Below, piece by piece: positions 51,701 through 62,410 of a DNA stretch of 63,743 bases; the stretch's first letter is position 1; every line of letters begins with the position of its first letter. Source of the DNA: Ruditapes philippinarum. Taxonomy: Eukaryota. Both the position numbers and the translations under genes were made by a program. The notes below the pieces were generated by a model. That model saw only the letters and a list, made by a program, of their open reading frames with translations. It was not told the DNA's origin and searched no databases. The stretch spans positions 1-63,743 of the forward strand of contig NW_026864188.1 of assembly GCF_026571515.1 (NCBI RefSeq). Reading direction: 5' to 3'.

Positions 51701-54700
51701 GAAAATGTGATAAAAACATGCGTTGAGATAATCGGCGTAGACATGGTGTTGACACCATATTGTATATTGTACCTTAGTTTGACAATACAGGTCATAATAT
51801 CTGCAGACCGCAAAAAAATCAATAATAACTATAATAATTACGAGTAAGATATGACACATGTTGTTAATCTATATTAAACACCAAACAAATATAAGTTTTG
51901 TTGGATTCAAGATGAATATTCCTGTGCGATTGTCATCGGCAACATTTTTTATGTCCAAATTTAAATATTTAATAAGGCTATTATTTTTATATATATTTCG
52001 GCTTACCGACCTGTCGACTCCTTATTTTGAGAAAATAAAAAATCGGCAGAAATATAATAATCAAACCAAGAAATGCACTTACGAATAATAATATGACCAT
52101 TATCACATTTTATATTGAAATTGATATGATAATTATCCGACAAAATAACTTTCTACTTTAGTATTAATCCAACATATGCATTTTAAGAACAATTTATTCA
52201 CAATTTTTTTCACTTATGAACACTTAAAATGTGTGTAATTCATGTAAGTTTCGGCAACTTCTTTGATGATTTGGAATCAAACAGCCAGGGCTACATGTTG
52301 GTAAACATCAAAGATTTGCAGTTTCTTTTGAAAAGCCGGCTACACATCTGTCAAAAGTCATTGTGTGTAAATTGTATAGATGTTATTGAACAATGGAAAC
52401 ATTACATTTATTTTTTTACGGGTGTTATTTTGTTTTCCCAAATGTGAGCGAGTGTTATTGTGTATTTATAAAGCAATGCTTGAGGAATTGAGACAATCGG
52501 CAATGAATTTCTTTTTCGTTTCTATTGAAATCGTATAAAGTACTATATTATGCACTAAATTTATCTATAAAGAAAAAATAAAATCAATAACGAAAAATTT
52601 TTTATTAAAAAGGAAGTAAAACGAAAGACTACACTTTGAAAAAGGTCGTGAAAAAATGGTTACGTCATATCAGCCAACAAAGAATATAACAAAGATCCGA
52701 ACATCCGGATGTATCCGGATGTCTGATTCGGATATCCGGGTGGCCGTTTCGGCTCCAGATGATGTCCCTAATGTTAAGCATGAAACATTTTCTAGTAAGT
52801 GTGTACAAAGATTGTTCAAATAAAAGCCCTTGGGTCAAAACTGGCCCTGCCCCAGGTGTGTAATTGTTTTTAACTATATGTGTAAAGAAAAAAACTTGAC
52901 CAGCTAGACCTTAGATGTTAAGCATGAAATATCTTCTAATGGGTGTCTACCAAGTTTGTTCAAATAAAAGCCCTGGGGTTTAAACTGGCCCCGCTCCGGG
53001 GGCCTATATACAGGTGAGCGACTTCAGGGCCATCATGGCCCTCTTGTTCATTCTAGGAGCATTATCCTATGCCGTACGGTACTATTTGCAGCATGTTCAA
53101 TAAATTTTCTACATTTCAATAATTGTGAGATACATTTTATATTTTCACTGATGAATTTCAATATATTACTTAAACACACATGACAAAATTTATTTTTGTA
53201 TTCGAAGGTTATATTTAAATGTTAAATTTTGTTGTAGGTATGTAAATCACTGTATGATATGGGATGTTACGAGATATCACTCGGAGATACTATAGGTGTT
53301 GGCACTCCAGGGGCGATGAAAAATTTGATCTCGGAAGTCTCGAAAGTGGTACCAGTACAGAAACTAGCTGTACATTGTCACGATACGTATGGTCAGGCTC
53401 TAGCTAACATTTTAGCAGCTTTACAGGTATATTATTATGATAGACTTAGTCCGGAATAAAATAATTTGGGTTTTCTCAGTTAATCAGGGAGTACAAACAA
53501 ATTTTTAAAGTTACAGCTTCGATTGTTATGTGCAATATAGATTTTTGTGTGTGTCTTATTACTGAACAAGTGATATAGAAAACTCAAATATTGTCAAAGT
53601 ATTGGTTGATACTTATAAAATCTCTACATTTATTGAAATCATGAATTTATTTTCTATTTTTCCTTTACTAAGGCAAATATTAGCCACCTGACCTACCTTG
53701 ACCTAATCCTGTTCTCCCCTTGTGGGGCAAAGGACATCCACAACAGCTCTCCATCTGGGTTGGTTCATCGCCTGCACAGGTCATGTTCCAAGTTTTCAGC
53801 TCAGCGCCTATTGTTCGTCTCCAGGTGGTTGTTGGTCACATTAGCCTGGTAGTTTAGTATGGTAATTTTATAGTGAATATGGTATCATATTAGTAAAGGT
53901 TTCACACTGTATAACTGTCATAACTGATGTCAGGATATTGTTTTTTTATTGTAGATGGGGATAAGTGTGGTGGATAGCTCTGTAGCGGGACTTGGAGGGT
54001 GCCCCTATGCCAAGGGTGCTAGTGGAAATGTGTCTACAGAAGATGTTGTTTATATGTTACATGGTCTAAATATTAAAACAGTAAGGACTCTTGAAATAAT
54101 AAGAAATATAAATAGATATTTTATTAAAGCATGACTGATATAATAAGAGTAATGATACTCAGTACTTTCTGCAAGCCATTGTGGTCATTAAAAAATACTA
54201 GCACAGAATTAGCTGCTAACTAGTTTTGTCAAACCATTCTACTCAAATGTTCTTTAAAATCAGTTTGGAGTGATTTAATGATGAGTACTTTCAAAGCTCA
54301 ACTGGCTACATGATAATTGATGGAGAACACTGACTTTTGTACTTAATTACAGTGTAGTAAATATGATTTTATCTATATTGTTGGATATAGAGCTAGGCTA
54401 AAGCTCTATACTGATGACAAGGGCTAATCACTTTTGATTCCTGCAGAATAAGAGTGAAATAGGATTTGATAGAATTAAACTTTAAAGCTGCACACCTCCA
54501 GATGAACCAAAATATTTTCAAGAAAATCAAACATGAGAAAAAAAAGTACTGAGATTTAAAGAAAAAGAAAAATATTCAAGATAAAAGTAATGATTTCCAT
54601 GTTATATGCAATTTATATCATATTTTTATGCATTAAAAGTATATTCAATTCATTTAAAGGATTGCACCAAATGGTTATTTCTCTTATTATTTCAGGGTAT

Positions 54701-54800
54701 AAATATACAGAAGCTGATAGAAGCTGGACAATTTATATCTCGAACTCTTGGTCGACCAACACATTCCAAGGTTGCCCAGGCGACCAAATCATCTCTTTGA
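36674..54800 (+). CDS. HMGCL: Hydroxymethylglutaryl-CoA lyase, mitochondrial; 9 coding exons, 338 aa
   Basis: Exons 36674-36784, 38660-38836, 47259-47354, 47720-47778, 49082-49171, 49668-49731, 53238-53426, 53955-54080, 54696-54800. All introns are GT-AG, phases are consistent, total 1017 nt. Motifs [28 protein letters not shown]. Confidence 0.96.
37943..38420. mobile_element. hAT-like MITE in HMGCL intron 1
   Basis: 14-bp TIR CAGACTTCCTGAAA / TTTCAGGAAGTCTG. Flanking direct repeat AGTTGG(CA). Confidence 0.8.
38660..38836 (+). CDS. HMGCL: HMGCL exon 2
   Basis: [23 protein letters not shown]...[10 protein letters not shown]. Confidence 0.93.
38937..39136 (+). repeat. 5' LTR, missing its first 24 bp
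   Basis: Matches 43391-43590 with one mismatch by eye. Ends in CA next to the PBS. Confidence 0.93.
39204..43159 (+). pseudogene. Disrupted gag-pol polyprotein
   Basis: In-frame stops at 39533 and 41216, frameshift near 41640-41700. Motifs [28 protein letters not shown]...[23 protein letters not shown]. Confidence 0.9.
43367..43590 (+). repeat. 3' LTR (224 bp, TG...CA)
   Basis: Starts TGTT directly after the PPT and ends AACA. Confidence 0.95.
43592..44347 (+). mobile_element. Helentron/HINE-like element, family A, with 164-bp tandem units (3 full plus 1 partial)
   Basis: Subterminal IR GCTCGACTATTC / GAATAGTCGAGC, 3' hairpin GCTGTC..GACAGC, end CTTGTT. Units start at 43670, 43834, 43998 and 44162. 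Confidence 0.88.
44827..46844 (+). mobile_element. Helentron/HINE-like element with AAGGTCAAGGTCA-rich composite internal repeats
   Basis: Subterminal IR ATACGCCCGTTT (44833-44844) / AAACGGGCGTAT (46810-46821), a GGCG microsatellite, 3' hairpin and CTTGTT end. Confidence 0.82.
47125..47252. repeat. About 11-bp minisatellite (AACTTATCTTT)n abutting the HMGCL exon 3 acceptor
   Basis: Direct inspection. Confidence 0.85.
47259..47354 (+). CDS. HMGCL: HMGCL exon 3
   Basis: [32 protein letters not shown]. Confidence 0.93.
47720..47778 (+). CDS. HMGCL: HMGCL exon 4
   Basis: [20 protein letters not shown], bounded by TTTCAG and GTGAGT. Confidence 0.92.
47825..48033 (-). mobile_element. tRNA-derived SINE, second family (CORE-like body)
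   Basis: A box TGGCCGAGTGG, B box GGTTCAAACCC, body CCTTGAGCAAGGAACTT, A-rich end. Confidence 0.7.
48056..48287 (-). mobile_element. Highly degraded copy of the 17630-17887 SINE family
   Basis: Collinear remnants TCAGGCAC, ATAGCTT, GAGGGGCA, AGTCA. Confidence 0.5.
48467..48913 (+). mobile_element. HINE-like family A copy (1 full plus 1 partial unit)
   Basis: Same ends and 164-bp unit as 43592-44347. Confidence 0.88.
49082..49171 (+). CDS. HMGCL: HMGCL exon 5
   Basis: [30 protein letters not shown]. Confidence 0.92.
49668..49731 (+). CDS. HMGCL: HMGCL exon 6
   Basis: [21 protein letters not shown]. Confidence 0.93.
50467..53048 (+). mobile_element. Complete Helentron/HINE-like element with about 167-bp tandem units, interrupted by a hAT MITE
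   Basis: 5' TTTTTAGCTCACCTG; 3' CAGGTGAGCGACTTCAGGGCCATCATGGCCCTCTTGTT. CCCTGGGG anchors at 50811, 50977, 51144, 51310, 51478 and 52971. Confidence 0.88.
51594..52770. mobile_element. hAT-like non-autonomous element nested in the HINE
   Basis: TIR TAGGGATGTCATTCGGAG / CTCCAGATGATGTCCCTA. 8-bp TSD ATATTAAG / ATGTTAAG with one mismatch. Subterminal TCCGGA/TCGGA motifs. Confidence 0.82.
53238..53426 (+). CDS. HMGCL: HMGCL exon 7
   Basis: [25 protein letters not shown]...[20 protein letters not shown]. Confidence 0.95.
53955..54080 (+). CDS. HMGCL: HMGCL exon 8
   Basis: [42 protein letters not shown]. Confidence 0.95.
54696..54800 (+). CDS. HMGCL: HMGCL exon 9 (terminal)
   Basis: [34 protein letters not shown]. 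Confidence 0.93.
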   Translation, partial: GINIQKLIEAGQFISRTLGRPTHSKVAQATKSSL

Positions 54801-54859
54801 ACAGCTGGACTTTTCATTATAGGAGTAGCATGTTATAAGAGTAGTAACAATATATTCAA

Positions 54860-55262
54860 GAAATAATATCTCCCAAACAGTGATTTAATCGCTCAATAAA
54901 ATCACTATTTGTGGAGTTCAGATGCGAATAATTATATCATGAGGGTGCAGCCCGAGTGATATAATGATGCGTATCAGAACGACAAGCAGTGATTTTATCA
55001 AAAGATAAAATTTGGATATATTATTTTGATTCTAACACGACATCAACAAATAAATGCTGCCGTTCCTGATATTAAGCTCAACTGCGCCTGATTTGTTTCC
55101 GTACTTATTTTCAGCCCGTCAAATTTTTAGTGGTTATTACATGTATAATGATTATGTCACATGTCTAAATATAGGATGCTAAACAGTGATTTATTGCAAA
55201 ATAACACACTTTTTCAGTTCTTCTATGTTCAATAGGGAAAAATGCGGTCGTGTTAGAATATA
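54860..55262. repeat. Hairpin-rich interspersed repeat (MITE-like) just downstream of the HMGCL stop
   Basis: Inverted pairs AAAATCACT / AGTGATTTT, TTATATCA / TGATATAA and TTCTAACACGAC / GTCGTGTTAGAA. Confidence 0.5.
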
Positions 55263-56092
55263 TTATAAAGTCTAATCTTGTATGTTAAATATGATGTATA
55301 TAAATTACATGAAATCTTACCTGCTAGGTTTATACATGCAATGAATTGTAAGGTATTAACAAATATTGGGAGTATTGTAGTATCCAGTTTTGAAACAGAT
55401 TTTCAAAATTGTTGGGTAATAAGCTGGTTAATACTTGTTATAATCATATTAATTTTTGTTGGTTGTTACTTGTTGTGATTAGAATATAGAAGAAATGGTA
55501 TTGTAAAAATTATTTGTGTCCATTAGATTTTAGGATGTAAGTTTGAAAGAACGTTATTTTACAAACTAGTTTAAACTTGTGTTTCAATCATATTTGTTGA
55601 TTGTTACTTCTTAGGATTAGAATGTAGAACAAAAGAGATTGTAAATTTGTTTGTGTCTATTACATTTAAGCACATAAGTTTGAAAGAATGTTTACAAGGA
55701 ATGATTGTTTATAAATGTTAAAATTTCGATGAATCATCATAAAAACAGTCATTGACTAGAATGTCACTTTTCTTATGATATAATATCATGAATTAGGCAA
55801 CTGTGGGAACTAGTCATATTTTAAATACGGTGCATAATTTTCTAGCTTATAGCCAAGTCTCTTTGTTATTGATACAATATAATGAAACTGTTTATTTGTT
55901 TTGTTTTTTAATTGTTAAATGTTTTATAACTGTGAAAGGTATAAATTATAATGAGGACATTGTTCCCAGCACATAACTTTCAGCCACCAAGGTATTAATT
56001 TGTTATTGTTTTGAAATGAAACACGAAAGTTTCTACAGATTGTTAATATTTTTGCACTTGAATTATTTTTCTGATAAGAAGGGAAACTTAAG

Positions 56093-56840
56093 TTTTTAGC
56101 TCGACTATTCGATAAGAATAAGTAGAGCTATTGTAGTCACCCGAGCTTCGGCATCCGCGTCGGCGTAACCACTTATGTTAAAGTTTTTGTAATAGTTCAA
56201 ATATTTTCAAAGTCCATTGACATATGGCTTTGAAACTTTGCACACTTGTTCACCATCATGACCCCAACCTGTAGACAGGAGGAGGTAACTCTATCAAGCA
56301 TTTTGACAGAATTATGCCCCTTTTTCGACTTAGAATTTACGTTAAAGTTTTTGTAATAGTTCAAATATTTTCAAAGTCCATTGACATATGGCTTTGAAAC
56401 TTTGCACACTTGTTCACCATCATGACCCCAACCTTTAGACAGAAGGAGGTAACTGTATCAAGCATTTTGACAGAATTATGCCCCTTTTTCGACTTAGAAT
56501 TTACGTTAAAGTTTTTGTAATAGTTCAAATATTTTCAAAGTCCATTGACATATGGCTTTGAAACTTTGCACACTTGTTCACCATCATGACACCAACCTGT
56601 AGACAAGAGGAGGTAACTCTATCAAGCATTTTGACAGAATTATGCCCCTTTTTCGACTTAGAATTTACGTTAAAGTTTTTGTAATAGTTCAAATATTTTC
56701 AAAGTCCATTGACATATGGCTTTGAAACTTTGAACATGACCCCAACCTGTAAACAGGAGTAGGTAACTGTATCAAGCATTATTTTTTACTATCAAGCACT
56801 AGAATAGTCGAGCGTTGCTGTCCTACCGACAGCTCTTGTT
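56093..56840 (+). mobile_element. HINE-like family A copy (3 full plus 1 partial 164-bp units)
   Basis: Units start at 56177, 56341, 56505 and 56669. Same termini as 43592-44347. Confidence 0.88.
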
Positions 56841-57288
56841 TTGTTTGTTCTTTTCCTTAAGCTAATACATATCTTCTTGACTTTGATATCAACTTTTTAG
56901 ACTTTTCTTTCGAAAGAGTATTTTTTTAGCTAGGTAGAATTAATAATAGTATTATTAAAGTGACATTATACGAATATTTTCACTATTATTTTGACCTGAT
57001 TCAGCCATACAATTCAAAAGATTGACTAAAAATTCTTTAATGGTGACAGACCAATAAATGATTATGACAAATATTCAGGATGAAATATAAAGTTGCCCGA
57101 AATATAATAAGGCTGCCCCGCTCTTTTTATCAACTGAACATTACCAATAGTTTCTAATAATATTTATATTATAGAAAAATCTGTGGGTCATGTGGATTAT
57201 TGGGTATTCATGCAAATTATAAAATTATGTAAAAAAAAAGTATATGTATATCCAAATATATTGATAAAATATTTATTGTATATAATTA

Positions 57289-58138
57289 CAGTCCGGCCCT
57301 GGTTATTCGACAACCCTTTATTCGAATACCCGGCATTATTCGAAGTAGATCGGCGGTCCCGTTTTTATCTCTATATAGACCAATATAAATACGAGCGTAT
57401 TATTCGAAATGAATTATCCGAATACCTCCTATTTTTCGTAGTAAAATTTCGGTCCCGATTATACAATTATGAAAGAATTTCACACCTATTATTCGAAGCC
57501 AGCCTAATTATTATTCGAAGTCAGACTAATTGACGCAGATCCACTCGCTGACCGGTGGACTTGTGAAAAATATCAACAGTCATGCGTGTATTTAGACAAT
57601 CATGATAATAACTCTTTGTGTGTTTTTTAATCAATTTAATTATCGAAAATGAAATTAAAGCTATGCACCGTGTCCGATTTTGTTACTGTTATTGCTTGAA
57701 GATGACAGCAATAATTTTCATACATAACGTATAATATGAATTTGTCAAAACAATCAAAACATTTTTTTCATTAATTGTAACGCTACATGAGAGCCTTTAT
57801 CCTTAATCGAAAATACCAGAGTTTAGCTGTAAATGTAGTGACAACACGGCAATTATCAAGGCTTTGCGCGAAACGAAACGATACATAATTTAGAATAAAA
57901 TGCAAGTATTTATGTCTTCAATGTCAATACAATAATTTTTACGCATCTTTTCTTTAATATTTATTTTTCTCGATTGATTACAGGGAGTAAGTGTGTTGTA
58001 AACGGTAGTTTTGCTATGATTGGTCAAAGTGGAGTAGTTTTCGTCTATCACAATATTTCGATTTCAATTATTCGAACCCATCGATTATTCGAAGTAACTA
58101 TTCAGTCCCAGACACTTCGAATAAACGGGGTTGGACTG
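57289..58138. mobile_element. Tc1/mariner (pogo-like) MITE, 850 bp
   Basis: TA|CAGTCC...TTATTCGA at the left end and TCGAATAAACGGGGTTGGACTG|TA at the right end. TA TSD. Confidence 0.82.
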
Positions 58139-58384
58139 TATGTATACTTTTTGTGTTTATTGTGAAGGATGTTGTTTGTTTTTTTTTGTGATTTACTCAG
58201 AATTTGATTTATCAATTCTTGGTGTACATTATTTTCTTTTTAAGAACATTTTTTATGAAACTGTGCTGTTAGATTTTAGTGGCATTTATTTACTGTGATA
58301 TATATTTTGTTAAGAGATTGAACCATTTTAATTACCAGAATTGAATTATAAAGTGGTAAATTATTAAAAGTGACAAAATATTTC

Positions 58385-58935
58385 AATTTTTTGTATCATT
58401 TCTATGTTGCCTGCTACAAAGTAGCGAAAACATACAGGGATCACTTTTCTGTCATCCCTCTGTCAGAGCTTACATTTGGATACTTAAGTGGCTAGAATAA
58501 CAATAGGTAATTGTACTTTCCCTTTGATGTCATTCATTCCGTAGCAAATTCTGTGGCTGTTTCCTTTATGTGGCTAAAAAGAACAATAAAAAGGACAATA
58601 CAGTAGCCACATAAGTGCAGTCTGTCCGTCAAAAACTTGTCTGGACAACTTCTCAAAAACTACTGATGCAATTTCCATCCTTATTTTAAAGGAATAGTCA
58701 GTACCAGGTTAAGTTGTGCAAGTCATCAGTATTTGCCAGTTCAATGATTTTTGTTAGAGTTTTGGCCCTTTAATGATTTTTAAGTTTTTTAAGTTTTTGT
58801 CTAGGCTACTCCTCTTAATAATAATGCAATTTTAATGAAACTTCACAGGATTAATTGGTACCTCAAGCACTTAATATGTGTATTAAACAGGTTTTCTAGT
58901 TGAATGATTTTGTGGCTGAGTTATGGCCCTTGAAT
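58385..58935 (+). mobile_element. Degraded HINE-like repeat
   Basis: GTCTGTCCGTC followed by two diverged units ending GAGTT.TGGCCCTT. Confidence 0.45.
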
Positions 58936-59097
58936 GAAGAGCAATAAATTGATTTTAAGTATTTCCAGATGTGTGGAACCTTGGATTCTGTAGGGTATTT
59001 TAAAGTTATAACTTTTTTTTTAAAAATTCTGGTAATCAAATTTCCCTAACTTATCAAATTTAACCCAATATTTGTCATACATTTTAAATTAAAATTC

Positions 59098-59330
59098 ACC
59101 CCCTCCTGGTCAAAGGGGTTAGAGTCGATGACTTCAAAATCCATTTAACCTCTTTTGGCCCGGGGTTTCGTTTCCCCGGGAGATGTTTTGGTAGTTTAGC
59201 ACGGGGAAAGGGTTAGGTCTAGTAAAGGTGAACTCTCCAGGAACGAGGGTTAGGAAAAAACCTCCCCTTATGACTAAAAATTACTTTTTGGAAAAAAGGG
59301 GGAAAAAATGAAAAAAACCAAAAAAACCCA
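59098..59330 (+). mobile_element. Degraded or mis-sequenced tRNA-derived SINE
   Basis: A-box-like TGGTCAAAGGGGTTAGAGTCGATGACTTCAA, B-box-like GGTTTCGTTTCC, A-rich tail. Confidence 0.5.
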
Positions 59331-60206
59331 TTTTAATAAATAGTTAGGGGACGAAGGAATTTGGGAAAATCAAAATTGCTTTGCATTTTTATACTGTTTC
59401 AAGAATAAACTACACAGAAATTTTGGTTGAAGGTTGTATGGGAAATTATGAAGAAATAAAAACAAATTTGTTTGTCGCAAAATGAATTTAATAATATGGA
59501 ATGTCATTTATGCATAATAAGATATATAAATTCTTGCAACAAAGAATTTCAACAACAAAGTTAAAGTGTTTGTTATTTACTTCCTAGATATTACAGGAAG
59601 TATTTACTGAGAAATCGTATCACCTTTGTAGAATTTTTTTATAAAAACTATATCCGGAAACTAAACCAAGTAAAACTACAGTATCCGAGGGCTTGCATAT
59701 TGTTTAACTGAGATATCATCATATCATATGTACAGTGTGTCAAATACATATTCATAATATATAAAGATTTTTTTATGTACAAAAATATCAAGATAACAAA
59801 TGCATCGTGTAACACATGAACAGAATATAATAATATCCAGCAGTATTGTTATTGACATAACATTGTTCACTGAGAAATAAAGGCAAATTTTCTGTGAAAA
59901 AAAGCTAAGTTCCTTATACAGGAACATCCCAATGTCAATCCATAAGTTAATAAATAAAAGAAATGTCTTGTACTACTCAATTAGTTATTCATTAATCTTT
60001 GATCTTCTCACACATCAAAATACAAATGAAATATACTTGGCTCGGAATAAATACAATAAAACATTGTAAAATGTTAAACAAACATTATTTTTTATTGTCA
60101 ATTTTTATTTCAGCAGTTATAAATACTTATTGCTGTGGAATGTCACAAAGTTTATTATCACAGTATAAAAAGATGAACAGTTCTGATTGTTTTCATATCA
60201 CTGTAT

Positions 60207-61907
60207 TTATTTCTTTGGGGCGATAATTCCTTCAAGTTGTGTCTGAAATAAAGAAAAAACCATATAAGATAGAAACAGCAATAAATTCAAGTGTCTGTAT
60301 TAATTTTTTTTTTTTTTTGGTAATATCATAGATAATATAATCTTTTTGAGACAAAAAGTCTTGTATTGCCTGTATAAAAGTATACTCTTAATTTGTCACA
60401 CCTGATACTGGTCTTGGTCTTTTGGGAACTTTTAACAAAAAATGTTTTACATTCTTTTTTTACACAATTTTTTGTGTGTAAACCATGACTTTTTCTAAAA
60501 AAACATGCATAAGCCCTTGCAAGTGTCTAATAAGCAAATTATACCAGATGTGGTGAAATATCTGCGGAAATTCAACCAAGTGTGAAAACAATTTGATAAT
60601 GAATCAAACTTAGTTTTTTTAAAATAATAATTAAGCCATTCATCTGGAATGTTTCCCTCTTCTGCCAGTAAATGATGCATGTTGAAGGGATTTGTGTTAT
60701 ACCAGTGAACACCTCAATAACTTGAACATGTGATCGTGAAAGTCTTTAGTTTTAAGGTAGTTTTACTGTAATGCTTTCCCACCCAAAAATTTCTAACATC
60801 AGCCAACATCGTAATAAATCAGTCATTTCCAGAAGGTTATTTTTTTCCATCATTGATATTCAATAATTTTTAACCGTTATTAATACCGGAATTAAGTACA
60901 TAGCGATTAAAGATGAGTGACACTAATTTGTTCAATGCCCAATATTTGGAAAAAATAATGTTCCAAAGATAACCGTTTTGCTATGACATTGGCTGATGTT
61001 AGAATTTTTTGGCAGGAAAGCATCACAGACTAAGAGTACCTTGATAACCTTATACAAAGTTTGAAACTGTCAAATTTTTAACCGGAATAAATATGATTAC
61101 TTTTCAGTAATATTACAAAAAGAAATCCCATTATAACAAATAATATGATTACCAAACTTATTTCAATTGGTGAGGGAAATAAGTTCGACAAGTTTGATGT
61201 CATGGTTTTGCAATAAAACAAGAACAACATTTTTACATGTCTGGATTTGTACAACAGATTTTAACCACAAGTAACCTTACCGTGGACAAAATTTCAGTCT
61301 AAATGAAAATATTTATTGAAACTAAATTGTTGCAAATTAAAGATTCAAAGTTAACAGTAAATATTTGTATCATTTATCTATTATTTATATTTATTTTAAT
61401 TGTTTGGGAGTGGGGGATTGTCTCAATAAGTCAGTATGTTGGTGTTAAATGGTTTAAAGTGCATTGAACCACTGTAGGTTCTAGCTTTGTTGACAGATAA
61501 TCATATGCTTGTATTATAGTATGGTAAATGTAACAAATGTAAACTCAAACCCACAAGTTGCATCCTGATCAACCATGCACTATTAATGCACAAAAATTTT
61601 TCCTTAAAACTTGCCCAAATGTTCATTTCAGTCAAATAAAGAGTTTACAGAAATACTGTCTCTGTACCAAGATAATATCAAATCAAACATGGTTTTATAA
61701 CAACAATTGTTACAGATCATAACTGATATAAAAACAATACCTTCAATTGTTGATTAGTTCTCTTCAAGAACTGGATTTCTTCTGTATGTTTTTTCTCCTC
61801 TACCTGTCTTTGTTTCCTGGTTCCTCTTCTCTATTTGTTCGCACTTTTGCTTTAAGCTCGTTAACATTCTTCTCAAGCTCACGTTTCTCATCCTCAAGCT
61901 CAGCAAT
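60207..61907 (-). CDS. DNALI1: Axonemal dynein light intermediate chain 1 (p28), last two coding exons (61741-61907, 60207-60242)
   Basis: Manual translation gives IAELEDEKRELEKNVNELKAKCEQIEKRNQETRQVEEKKHTEEIQFLKRTNQQLK|TQLEGIIAPKK*, matching the conserved DNALI1 C-terminus. GT-AG sites. Two +1 A-run frameshifts must be corrected to get this reading. Confidence 0.9.
60752..61044. mobile_element. MITE with long imperfect TIRs in the DNALI1 intron
   Basis: TTAAGGTA...ATGCTTTCC...TTCTAACATCAGCCAA is mirrored by TTGGCTGATGTTAGAA...GGAAAGCAT...TACCTTGA. Confidence 0.65.
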
Positions 61908-61911
61908 CTAT

Positions 61912-62410
61912 CAATAATAGCAAATATAATGATACTATTGTCAGTCATAGCAAATATAATGATAATATTGTCAATTCATAGCTAATATTATGATTATTGT
62001 CAATCATAGCAAATATAATGAATAATATTGTCAATCATAGCTAATATTAATGATAAATGAGAATCAAAGCTGATATTGATTGTGAATCAAAGCAAATATA
62101 ATCATAATTTTCAATCATAGCCAATTTACCTATAATTGTCAATTATACGTGTATATAATATAATAATAATTGTCAATCATAGTTATTTAAATCTTAAAAT
62201 GTAGAATCATAGTAAATGAAGATAATATAATCACAATTGACAATCATAGCAAATAAAATGATAATCATAGCAAATAATATGATAATCATAACAAATATAA
62301 TAATTAGTTTTTCAATTATAGCTGATATAATTTTTGATCATAGCTATTATAAAAAATAAATTTTCAATTACAGCTTGTTAATCATAGGGTAATATAATGA
62401 TAATATTCAT
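61912..62410. repeat. Degenerate about 30-bp minisatellite (CAATCATAGCAAATATAATGATAATATTGT)n
   Basis: Direct inspection. It abuts the DNALI1 exon acceptor. Confidence 0.85.

Noticed and set aside
37993-58165. Assorted 60-130 aa ORFs in HINEs and MITEs (e.g. 38114-38515, 46405-46716, 57183-57533)
   Set aside because: They lie within non-coding repeats and have no protein motifs.
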